From the NCBI RefSeq assembly GCF_006345805.1, contig NC_043008.1, positions 50,654,001 to 50,718,000 on the forward strand: a stretch of 64,000 nucleotides of DNA, given 5' to 3'. Under the pieces are notes generated by a model. That model was not told where the DNA came from, ran no database searches, and worked only from the letters and a program-made list of their open reading frames with translations. Positions within the stretch are counted from its first letter, which is position 1. Each line of letters begins with the position of its first letter. Position numbers and translations under genes: made by a program. Of the stretch, positions 49,872 to 62,600 are shown one piece after another. This DNA comes from Octopus sinensis. Taxonomy: Eukaryota.

Positions 49872-52800
49872 TCAAAAAATACCTCAGGAATGAGAACCCA
49901 GGTTTGAAATTTCCCCAAGACACCTGATGAAGGCTGGAGGGTATATCAGCCGAAATGGTGAAATGGTGTGTTAACAACAAACAAGATGAGGACAAATATC
50001 TGTCAAATGTAAATAATGTAACTAGAGCATGTTGTTTGTATCTATTTAGTACCTACTGTTTTGCTACTTGGTACCACTACCATCCTTAGCTGTTTGGTAC
50101 TACTACCATCTATAGCTGGCCTGGTACTGCTCCTATCTGTAGCTGCCCAGTACCACTGTTGTCCTTAACTGCAAGGTAACCTTTGGTGAGCTGTCTGTCT
50201 GGTAGCATGTGGTTAATCCATTCCACAAATAAACACAATCCAATGCTTTTTGGAGGTCTTGAACTTGTGACCTGTAGGTTAGCAGGTCAGTTGGCCAAAC
50301 TGTTCTGACACCACAGATGAAGCTGGAATACTTTGGAAGTCCTGGTAAAAATCTGATCCATTCTGGTGGTGTATGTAATATTTTAATGCTTTACCTTGCC
50401 TGCCTCTCTTTGTGTTTCAGTAATCATTCTCAGGTTGATGTTGATTCTGGTATTGAAACAATGGAAGTTGACGACAGTGATAGAGTGGAACATAAAAGAA
50501 AACGTGTAAGTTGATATTCTCCCGCTCTCTTGTCTCTCTGTGTGTCTCTCATTCTATCCTTCTCTCTCTCTATTGACTTGTCTGTCTGTCTGTCATTCTC
50601 TCTTTTCTCTTTTCTTCCTCCTCCTTTCTCTCTCTCCCTTCTCTGTTTCTTCCTCTCTTCTTTATATCCTCTTCCTCCTATCTGTCTCTTCTTTCTGCCC
50701 CTCTCCTTGTCTCTGTCTGTCTCTCCTCTCTTTATTTCTGTCTGTCTGTCTCTCTCTCTTGTAATGAATATTAAATCCTTTCTTCAGTGTGGGTCAATAG
50801 TGGGTTGGAGAGAACTGAATTGTTGGCAAGTATTGATGGCAGTTGGTGAGTAATGGTTGCTGTGGAGGGACAGGTTCAGTGAGAAAGATAAATTAAAACA
50901 TCTCAACAGTATTTCTCTGCCTTTGTTCTGAGTTCAAACTCCTTCAAAGTCAACTATCCCTGCCTGTCTGCCAGCCTTTGAAATTCAATAAAGTGCCAGT
51001 CAACCATTTCTCTGCATGTGTGACCTTGTGCCTGTCTTATGAGTATTTTTATAAAAATGTTAAAAAGGCATGAATTACACTGGCATCATTTGGATAGGAC
51101 TGCACCATATCTTATCAACATCATCATCCAATGTCTGCTTTCCATGCTGGCATGGGTTAGACGCTTTTACAGCAGCTGGTGAACCAGATGACTGTGCCAA
51201 GCTCTACTGCCTGCTTTGGCTTGGTGTCTATGACTGGATGCCCTTCGTAATGCTAGCCCCTTTTTGTGTGGCATCAGCACCAGTGAGGTTACCAAGTGAC
51301 TTGCAAGGCAAGACCCCTCAACAGCAGCAGTAGTAGTGGTAGAGTTTGGGGAGGTGGTTTTCTGTTAGTGATGAGAGGTTAGAGTATGATATAGGGACTG
51401 AAATGGGTGTCTTGCTGTAGAGGAAGTACATGACTACCTTAGTTGGAGAAAGAGATGGAGGGATGATGAAGGTGTATCAGGACGTACCCTCAAGTTACAA
51501 GTCAGTGTTTAGGGTATATCCTCTGTTACAAGGCAGTACCCTCATGTTACAAGGCGGTGTTTAGGGTGTACCCTCAAGTTACAAGGTGGCATATTTAAGT
51601 GAATTGGTAGAGAGGACTGGATAGGGTAAGTTTGTGAGATTGTGAAAGGAGACTTATCACTGGAAGGGGTGGGGAATATAGTGAGTGAACATGGTTGGAG
51701 AGATGGGTTTATTATATCTAAAGGGTAACCTCTAACTTTTCCTGAGTTTTAATGACCCTTGTGCTTAGTCTTCCTTATTATCTACCCTGATTTGTTTTCT
51801 TGTCTTAAATTATGTTTAATTAAGGATTTTTTCTTCAATTTAAAAAGCATTTTTTTTTTTTTACCATTTTTTTTCTTCTCTAGGATGCCAGCATTGGTTC
51901 AGAAGCTACAGAAACACAAGTCTTGAACTCCATAATTAGAATATTTCTTGTCTCCTGGCGAGAACAGAGAGATCCTGGAACACTGCATATACCTTGTCTT
52001 GCTGAAGCTTTCAATGAAAGTAAGAGCTCTTTGATATTATAAGTTGTTGTTGTTTGTATGTTCACCATAATTTTAATGTGCATGCTCATGTGGGAAGATA
52101 ACAAAGCTAGAATCGGTAATTTCATGGATAGTCTGTATACCAATAACTAGCAAAGATTTCAAACACACACACACACACGCATATATTCAGACATCTTTGG
52201 TTTTTTACACTGCTGGAATGCACAGCACCACTGTGAAACCTTGTTTGCATTTTACTTGATTTGCTAGAAATCACAGCCAAATCTTCCTCAAACTGCACCC
52301 TACCATCTAAAATGACGGAAGGCCAGATTATATAATGTAGTTCAGGATGGTCTTAAAAAGATGGGATAGCCATGCAGGAATGTCTTTGACCTAGAGTCTG
52401 CTTAATCAAAATTGAATTGAGGCTACATTACAAGAATAATTTGTTTGCTTGATGGAAGTCTGTGTAGAGAGTAGAATACTTGGGTAACTCTAACATGTTG
52501 GATTTATAGCAGTCAAATTTCCTTAAATTTACACCATAGCATCTTAAAAAAAATTTGATTTTCAGTGTCTGAAAATGAAAGATGAAGTGACACGGCTGGA
52601 CTTATTTTTGATCGTAGGTCTGTTCAGTCAAGGCTCACCTATGGCTAAACAACCACCACCACCTGACTAAAACTCTTACTAGCTGGTTCCAATTGGGGGT
52701 AGGTTTTTACTATTTCATTGTCACTAAAGTCAAGTGCACCTGTGTTGTTTCAAACATAATAAAATACTGCTCCCTCATCTGAGATAGTGTGACATTGGTG

Positions 52801-53647
52801 TTGCCTTGGCAGAGGTTTGTGCTCTCTGAGTGCTCTTATTATTATCTGGAATGTTTCACAACTGAATTCAAAGGCTTAATTTTTGGCAGTACAGTGGTGT
52901 TGATGACAGTAAATAGTATTTATTATCATCTTCATCATTTAACATCTATGTTCCATGCTGGCCTGGGTTGGATGGTTTGACAGGATCTCATTCGTTCAAG
53001 GCTTCATTGAGCTCCAATATCTGCTTTGGTATGGTTTTTTTTATAGTTGAATGCCCTTTCTAATGCCAACCACTTCACAGCATTGACTGGGGGCTTTTTT
53101 TATGCCATCTTCACTATTGAAGCCACCATGTAGTTCATATGACTATGGAGCCCTGGGGAAGGTGGAGATGTGGGTAAGCTTCCTGCTAAGGGATGAGGGG
53201 AATTACTACGAGAGAGGGAGGCAGAACAGTTTCCTGCAGAGGGATCTGCATCTAGTGGGGTTAGAAGGTGGGTAGTCAATCTATTTGAATTGCTCGTTTT
53301 CCCATGGTCTAATTTTCACATCATTTTTTTATTTCTTGCAGAAGAGAAAGATTACAAAGAAATTATCAATCAGATTGTCATGGAAACTCTTCACCTCATT
53401 TACTCAAGTCCAGAAAATCTGATCGACTCCTTAAAAACTGCTGTGGATGGTGTGTCTCCAGTCCGAAGTTATAGTTCTAGTCCTTGTAGGTAAGTACCAT
53501 TGTCACTGTCACACCAAGTAAAATTTGTACTAAGGTCTGTACTTGCGACTCTTTCCTGGGTCACTCAAAGTAGGGGTTGGGTGAATTGAATTGTTGCATG
53601 TTAGTAAATGAAGAAAGATATCTTTAGCTAATTTTGGGAATAAAGTT

Positions 53648-53679
<32 letters not shown>

Positions 53680-56600
53680 CATTATTTTTCATCTGTCTTT
53701 ACATTCTGAGTTCAAATTCCACTGAGGTCAACTTTGCCTTCCATCCTTTTGGAGTCAATAAATTAAGTACCAGTTGCGTACTGGGGTTGATCTGATTGAC
53801 TGGCCCCCTACCCCAAAATTTTGGGCCTTGTACCTAGAGTAGAAATGAAGACAATCAGCATCATTGTTTAACCCTTTTGATAGCAACCCGGCTGAAACCA
53901 CCTCTGGCTCTGTAATACAAATGTTTTGTTTTCATAAGTTCTGGATTAAAATCTTCCACCAAACTTAGTTACAGTTTATGTTCTTAACACTAGCTTAATG
54001 ATAACTAAGTGATTTTACTAAATTCTTTGTTATATTTAAAATTAATTGGGAGGAACACAGACCATCTCAACAGAAATCTGGTAACAAAAGGGTTGATGTC
54101 CACTTTTCCAGGCTCACATGGGTCAGATGTAATTAGTTGAGGTGGATTTTCTGCAGTCAAATGCTTTTCTTGTTGCTGGCCCTTGTTTCCATGTAAGCTA
54201 ATATTTCTGCATGACCGGACATGTTTCCATGATAGGTTGGAATCAAACAACAACACTTGTATGATGGTGACAGTCATTTACATGTGCCACATGATGTCAA
54301 GGCAAGGTGACTTATACATGTGTGTGCATGCACACTCGCTCACTTATTCACATTGGTGCCGAGAAGTAGTGCACCCAGCTATAAAACACTCTTATGTCTT
54401 ACACGATTGCCATTATATCCAGTCAAGAAAAAAACCCAATGAGAGAGGCTTTACCTGGTGACTCAACTTGTTAGAAATAGCAGCCAAAAAAAAAGGCGGC
54501 GAGCTGGCAGAAATGTTAACACGCTGGGCAAAATGCTTAGCAGTACTTCGTCTGCTGTTACGTTCTGAGTTCAAATTCCGCCGAGGTCGACTTTGCCTTT
54601 CATCCTTTCGGGGTCGATAAATTAAGTACCAGTTACGCACTGGGGTCGATATAATCAACTTAATCCGTTTGTCTGTTCTTGTTTGTCCTCTCTGTGTTTA
54701 GCCGCTTGTGGGCAGTAATGAAATAGGTATTTCGTCTGCCGTTACATTCTGAGTTCAAATTCCGCCGAGGTCGACTTTGCCTTTCATCCTTTCGGGGTCG
54801 ATAAATTAAGTACCAGTTACGCACTGGGGTCGATATAATCAACTTAATCCGTTTGTCTGTTCTTGTTTGTCCTCTCTGTGTTTAGCCGCTTGTGGGCAGT
54901 AATGAAATAGGTATTTCGTCTGCCGTTACATTCTGAGTTCAAATTCCGCCGAGGTTGACTTTGCCTTTCATCCTTTCGGGGTCGATAAATTAAGTACCAG
55001 TTACGCACTGGGGTCGATATAATCAACTTAATCCGTTTGTTCTTGTTTGTCCTCTCTGTGTTTAGCCCCTTGTGGGCAGTAATGAAATAGGTATTTCGTC
55101 TGCCGTTACATTCTGAGTTCAAATTCCGCCGAGGTCGACTTTGCCTTTCATCCTTTCAGGGTCGATAAATTAAGTACCAGTTACGCACTGGGGTCGATAT
55201 AATCGACTTAATCCGTTTGTCTGTTCTTGTTTGTCCTCTCTGTGTTTAGCCCCTTGTGCGCAGTAATGAAATAGGTATTTCGTCTGCCGTTACATTTTGA
55301 GTTCAAATTCCGCCGAGGTTGACTTTGCCTTTCATCCTTTCGGGGTCGATAAATTAAGTACCAGTTACGCACTGGGGTCGATGTAATCGACTTAATCCCT
55401 TTGTCTGTCCTTGTTTGTCCCCTCTATGTTTAGCCCCTTGTGGGCAATAAAGAAATAAGAAATAGCAGCCAAATTACCCTCATTACCCTGTGTACCATCT
55501 TATGAGAAAGATGGTATAATATAATCCCAAGTAAAAATAGTCCTAAATACATTGACTGAAAAAAATAAGCAGACACACAAAACAGAAGGGATGGTCTTCA
55601 TTGGAATGCCACAATGGAGTATGGTACATATTGAAACCTATATGTTGTGATTATGTGAAGATTGTTTTGATTGTGAAATTACTCTGACCATTATTCTTTT
55701 AATTCTTTCAGTATAAGTCCACTAATGTCACCTGAACATGAAGAACGTAAATTCACATCCAAAATACAACCTCAGAAAAGAAAAGAAGTGGAACTTATTA
55801 ACTATTTACTTGATTGTTATGAGAGAGTAGCTTTTGAAGAAAGAACTAGCCCCAAAGTAAGTCAGTGTTGTGTTTTGCCATCTATTAAATCGAGTCTGTT
55901 AATATCTCTAAGCATTTCTCATGGTTAATCCTTCAGCATTTAAACTGGTTATATCTTGCTCAAATATTCTGCCTTGTTTTATGTTAAAGTCTTCCAGATC
56001 TTGCCTCTCACACTTACCCTGCAATGTCAGTCTAAATATAAACATAAAAAATCTGATTTGAGAGAGGGAGAGAGATCTGGCTGCTATTTCTGGCAGATTT
56101 AGCAACCATATAAGGGCAGCTGCATGGACAACAATCATAAGAAACATTTCAAAGAGATATATTGATTTTAAGGATTCACATATCCAACCTAGATATTCTA
56201 CTTCCTTATGTTCAAAATGTTCACATCCTGCCTCTCACACCTACTCTACAATGTTATTCTGTAATAAACAATCACATCATCATCATTATTGTTTAACGTC
56301 CACTTTCTATGCTGGCATGGGTTGGGCGGTTTGACTGAGGACTGGCAAACCAGAAGATTGCACCAGGCTCCAATCTGATCATATCACTGAAATCTCAAAG
56401 CCATGAGATAATGCATAATTAATTCCGTGTCGGTGGCACGTAAAAAGCACCATCCGAATCGTGGCCGAAGCCAGTGCCGCCTCGACTGGCTTCTGTGCAG
56501 GTGGCACGTAAAATGCACCAATCCGACTGTGGCTGATGCCAGCCTCACCTGGCACCAGTGCAGGTGGCACGTAAAAAGCACCCACTACACTCACGGAGTG

Positions 56601-59600
56601 GTTGGCATTAGGAAGGGCATCCAGCTGTAGAAACATTGCCAGATAAGACCGGAGCCTGGTGCAGCCTTCTGGCTTCCCAGATCCCCGGTCGAACCGTCCA
56701 ACCCATGCTAGCATGGAGAACGGACGTTAAACGATGATGATGATGAATTCAAAGCTGTGAAAAAATAAGCATTATATTTGACAGAATAAATTAAGTGCTG
56801 AAGAGTTAACATAGTCCAGCTCTATCCTGTATCAGTGTTAGAATAGCTTCGGCCTGACTTGTTTTGAGTTTATTGTGATGGTTTGTAAATTGTTTAATAA
56901 TTTTAAATGAATTTCTCTTTTGTAGAAATCTAGTATTCCTCCTTTGAATAATGTATTGTCAATTGCTAGACTATCTTGTGTTCATCACACGGCTCTTGTA
57001 CTGCAAGGAACTCTGTTTGAAAATAGGTAAGTTTTTATTAAAGCAGCTCTTTTGGATCTTTTTGGTTTGAACGGCAGTTTTTTTTGTAGCAGTGTCATAT
57101 GAAATTGTCACCCATAATTATGACCCTAGAATCGATCTATTGCATTTCAATCTGTTTTAGGGTTAGTTAGGGTTAGGGGTGGGGGAAGGGTATCTTTTTT
57201 TTCTTCACAAATGTAAATAAACCCAATCTGTTTCTTAAACGAGGGACATAGTCATACGGCACAGAATGTTTTTTACCTCAATAGACGTCACTGATTGGTT
57301 GAAATTGCAGAAATTGAAGAAAGAAAACAACTAATATCTTACAAACTATAGAATTTTCTCAATAAAGCCAAGAGAAAAAGATGTTTTATAACACATTCTA
57401 CCAGTATACGAAGTTTAAAATTTTTTAGTTACCTAGAAATTATGTTAAAAACTGCCGTTCAAACCGAAAAGATCCGCTCTTTTCCTTTTGTCGTAGCTTG
57501 CTTCTAATTGTCAGTGTGATCAGAAGCACCCTAAACTTTCTGAAATTTATATTTTATATTTGTGTGTGTGTGTGTCTTTATTTTTGATTTTGCTTGTTGA
57601 TAAAAACATAACTGCTATGGAGCAGTATTAAGGTTTATTTCGACCCCAGATAATACTGAATGAAATTGTGTAACTGTAGAGAGGGTTATTTAAATATAGT
57701 AGGTGTGGCTGTGTGGTTGAGAGGCTAGCTTCCTAACTGTGTGGTGTTTGGTTCAATCTCACTGTGTGGCACTTCGGGCAAGTGTTGTCTAGTATAACCC
57801 CGGGTTGACCAAAGCCTTGTGAGTGAATTTGGTAGAATGGAAACTGAAAGAAGCCTGTCATGTATGTGCCCTTCTCTAAACATCATTTGATGGTTGTAAA
57901 TGAGCATCATACAAACGATGTCAATCATTTCCAAGCTTCCATGAAAAAGATGTTCAGTCGCAAGGAAATTTTACCTTGCTTTGGAAACAGGTGAGGGTTG
58001 GTGCCAGGGAAGGCGTCTGGCCGTAGAAAAATCTGCCCCAACTAACTCTGTCTGTGGACGTTAAATGATGATTATTACATGATGAATTGGCAGAGTGGTT
58101 AGAGCAGTGGACAGAATGCCTTGTGGTATTTGTTCCAACTGTCTATGCTCTAAGTTCAAATCCCACCAAGGTCAACTTTGCCTTTCATCTTTTGGGATTG
58201 ATTAAAAGGGGGAAAGAAAAAAATTTAATTGCTTTGCAGTATTTGTTCTGGCTCTTTGCATTCTGAGTTCCAATCTCATCATAGTCTATATGAATGCTAG
58301 ACTTAACCTATCACCTGGCTTAACACCAACACTAGCACTATGTGCACCTTTACCGACAGCACTATGTGCACCTTTACCGACAGCACTATGTGCACCTTTA
58401 CCGACAGCACTATGTGCACCTTTACCGACGGCGCTATGTGCACCTTTACCGACGGCACTATGTGCACCCTTACCGACGGCACTATGTGCACCTTTACCGA
58501 CCGCACTATGTGCACCTTTACCGACGGCACTATGTGCACCATTACCGACGGCACTATGTGCACCTTTACCGACGGCACTATGTGCACCTTTACCGACGGC
58601 ACTGTACACCTTTACCGATGGCACTATGTGCACCTTTACCGATGGCACTATGTGCACCTTTACCGATGGGACTACGTGCACCTTTACCGATGGCACTACG
58701 TGCACCTTTACCGGTGGCACCACGGGCACCTTTACCGGCGGTACTACAGGCACTTTTACCAGTGGCACCATGGGCACCTTTACCGGCAGCACTCTGTGCA
58801 CCTTTACTGGTGGCACCACGAGCACCTTTACCGGTGGCACCACGGGCATCTATACCAGTGTTCAAGTTATGTCTCTGGCTTGAGAATATCTTATTCCTTT
58901 CTTCCTTTCCATCAGCCTAGGGGACTCTTTATATAGACTTATGGCATGACCTTCCTTCCTTCCTGACTAAAAGATGAAATTAAAACAAAAAAATCCCAAA
59001 AGTTGTAACCCTGATTAAATGACAGTTTTTCTTGTTTCTTTTCTTTCCTTTAGATCTGAAACTGCTTCTTTGTTTTTGCTACCATATTTGCTTTCCCACA
59101 ATCTGCCCAGAGGATTCCTCTCACTTCTTGTCTCAACTTTACCTGACAGAGAAAGTTTGAACAAGGTAAGGTTCCTCTTGTTTGTTTGTTTGTTTGTTTT
59201 TTCTGTGTTGATTCCAACAGCCACCTCATCAGCCTTAATGTCTGATTTCTTTACTGTTCTGCTTCTTCGATTCATTTGTCTGTCTTCACATGTGATGGGT
59301 ACTTTACATGAAATGTCAACGTGGCTGTGTAGTTAAGAAACTTCCCTTGCAACCATGTGGTCTTGGGTTCACTCTCAATGTATGGTATCTTGGGCAAGCA
59401 TCTTCTACTCTAGCCCTGGGCTGATTAAAGCCCTGTGAGTGCATTTGATAGATGGAGATTGAAAGAAACCCATTGCATGTGTGTATTCGCATGTCTCTGT
59501 CTTTGTGACTGTGTTACCAAGTACTGTGACTTAGCAGCTCAACAAATAGATATATATCAAGTACGAAACTTTAAAAAAACAAATACTGCACTTGATACAA

Positions 59601-62600
59601 GCCACTAAAATCATTCAAACTGTGCTCCAGCCTGGTCACAGTTCAATAACTGAAACAAGTTTGAAACTAATATAATACTAGTTTCTCTTTCTCTACCTAC
59701 ATGTTTATATTTGTGTGTGTCATCATCATCATCATCATTGTTTAATGTCTGCTTTCCATGCTGTCATGGGTTGGACGGTTTGACTGAGGATTGGCAAGCC
59801 AGTAGGCTGCACCAAGCTCCAATCTGATCTGGCAAGGTTTCTACAGCTGGATGCTCTTCCTAATGCCAACCATTCCATGAGTGTAGTGGGTGCTTTTTAC
59901 ATGCCACTAGCATGAGAGCCAGTCAGGTGGCACTGGTATCGACCACATTTGGATGGTGCTTTTTACGTGTCACTGGCATGGGAGCCAGTCAGGCAGAACT
60001 GGCATGAACCACGTTCGGATGGTGCTTTTTACATGTCATAGGATCCAGTCAGACGGAACTAGCATTGACCATGTTTGCATGGTGCTTTTTACATTCCACC
60101 AGTATGGGGAGCCAGTCAGGTGGCACTGGCATCAACCCACGCTCAAATGGTGCTTATTACATGCCACCAGCACAGGTGGTGTGTGTGTGTGTATACAATA
60201 TAAATCATGTAGTTAATTAACATAATTGTAATAATTAGTTTACAGTTATCATGTTAACCTTTCCATATTTTTCCTGAAAAATCCATTTCTCTTGATGCTA
60301 ATGAAAGAATATTTCCCTTTGTAGATTTTTGTGCCTATCATTCACCGTCTTAGCCAATTGATATCATGCCAGTCTTTGGACACTGATGACTACAAGGAAC
60401 CATTATCTGTTCTCTCAGAACTCTGTGAAATTAAATGGGACAACTGTCGACCTATTTGTTCATTGGTAAGTTACGGGTTCCTTTTAAACTCTTTATTTTA
60501 ATTTGTGGTAGACAATGTGGTTAAGAAGTTTGCTTCTCAACCACATGGTTCCAGGTTCAGTCCCACTGCGTGGCACCTCAAGCAAGTGTCTTTTGCCATA
60601 ACCTTTATCAGCCAATACCTTATGTGTGGATTTGGTGATGGAAACTGAAAGAAGCCCATTGTGTGTGTGTGTGTGTGTATGGTAAAGGTGCATGGCTTAG
60701 TGGTTAGGGTGTTTGGTTCATGATTATAAGGTCATGAGTTCAATTCCCGGTGACGTGTTGTGTCCTTGAGCAAGACAGTTTATTTCACATTGCTCCAGTC
60801 CACTCACCTAGCAAAAATGAGTTGTATCTGTATTTCAAAGGGCTGGCCTTGTCACATTGTGTGTCATGCTGGATCTCCCTGGGACCTATATTAAGGGTAC
60901 GTGTATCTGTGGAGTACTCAGCCACTTGCATGCTAATTTCATGAGCAGGCTGTTCCATTGATCGAACCAACTGGAACCCTTGTGGTCATAACCAATGGAA
61001 TGCCAGTTTATATATGTGTGGGTGTGTGTATGTTTGTTTCTCCTTGTCTTGACATCACCTGGTAGTTGTAAATGAGGCTTTTTAAAAAAAATATTTTTAG
61101 TCAGTAAGGAGGGCAATGTCCATGTCCCATCACAACACCTCTAAGGTTAATGGGAAAGAAGACAGAAAGACATCATTTGACAGAAGACCCGGCCAGAATG
61201 ATTGCAGCAGGGTGAACTCTGCTGCTAAAGGCACTAAAAATGCCAAGTGGTGTTGTTAAATCAAGTGATAGATTAAATCTACCATCCAAGTAGCCATACA
61301 AGGATTTGAACTCAGAAGTGTAGGAACAAATACTGCAAGGCATCTGGTTTGATGTTGTTACAGTTCTGCCCTGGATTTGTAAATTTTTCTAAAATTTTTC
61401 TTTTTAATCAACCTTGAAAGGATGAAAAGCACAGTTGACTTTAGTTAGATTTGAACTCAAAGAGCTGAATATCAGAACAAAGATATTCTATTTCAAGCTG
61501 TAATGACTATCACTTCACTACCTTAACCCTTTTGTTACTAAGATTTCTTATTTCTTTATTGCCCACAAGGGGCTAAACATAAAGGGACAAGCAGAGATAG
61601 ACAAAGGGATTAAGTCGATTATATCGACCCTAGTGCGTAACTGGTACTTAATTCATTGACCCTGAAAGGATGAAAAGCAAAGTCGACCTCGGCGGAATTT
61701 GAACTCAGAACGTAGCAGCAGACGAAATACCGCTAAGCATTTCACCCGGCGTGCTACCGATTCTGCCAGCTTGCTGCCTTCAGTTACTTTTGTTACTAGA
61801 TTTCTGTTGAAATAAACTGCTTTTGTTTCGGTTAATTTTTAAAATTGTGAAGAACTTAGTAAAATATCTTTGTCATTAAGCTGGTGTTTGGAACATAAAA
61901 TACGAAATTTTGATGGAAGATTTTAATCCACATCTCTTTAAAACAGCAAGTTTGGGTCATCGAATCCGGGGCAGTCTCAGGCTGGTTGGTAACAAAAAGG
62001 TTAACCCTATATGGTTTAACAGTAGATATTTCAGATAAACACAATAGATTATCTCAGTGAATATTTCTTTTTTAATATATTGTTTTTATTTCTCTTTTGT
62101 CTCATTAGATGGTGTCCCAATCCAACTGGTTACCGAAGGTAATGAGAAAGACCACAGGACTGGAAATGGAGAAACTTACTTTACTTGGACCATTTCTCTC
62201 ACTCTCGGTTTTTGTTGGTGATAATGTTAGTTGGAAATATTTCTATTATTTATTTCTGATTTCAGGAATTAAACACAAAAGGAAAAACCTAATTCCTATT
62301 CTTGCTATTCTGTAATTAGTTTTGTATGAAGTCATCATCATCATCATCGTTTAACATCCGCTTTCCATGCTAGCATGGGTTGGACGATTTTGACTGAGGG
62401 CTGGCAAACCAGATGGCTGCACCAGGCTCCAATCTTGATCTGGCAGAGTTTCTACAGCTGGATGCCCTTCCTAACACCAACCACTCTAGAGTGTAGTGGG
62501 TGCTTTTACATGCTACTGGCATGGGGCCCAGTCAGGCGGTACTGGCAATGCCCTCACTCGAATCCTTTACATATGCTGGTAACGATCACGCTCAAATGGT

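Noticed and set aside
54157-54192. 36-nt frame-preserving cassette exon candidate between exons 6 and 7
   Set aside because: Weak pyrimidine tract; lies within a decayed dispersed repeat; the hydrophobic peptide is implausible here.
58286-58936. 187-198 aa ORFs on both strands (also 6840-7543)
   Set aside because: Produced by stop-free minisatellite units; no splice signals linking them to the gene.
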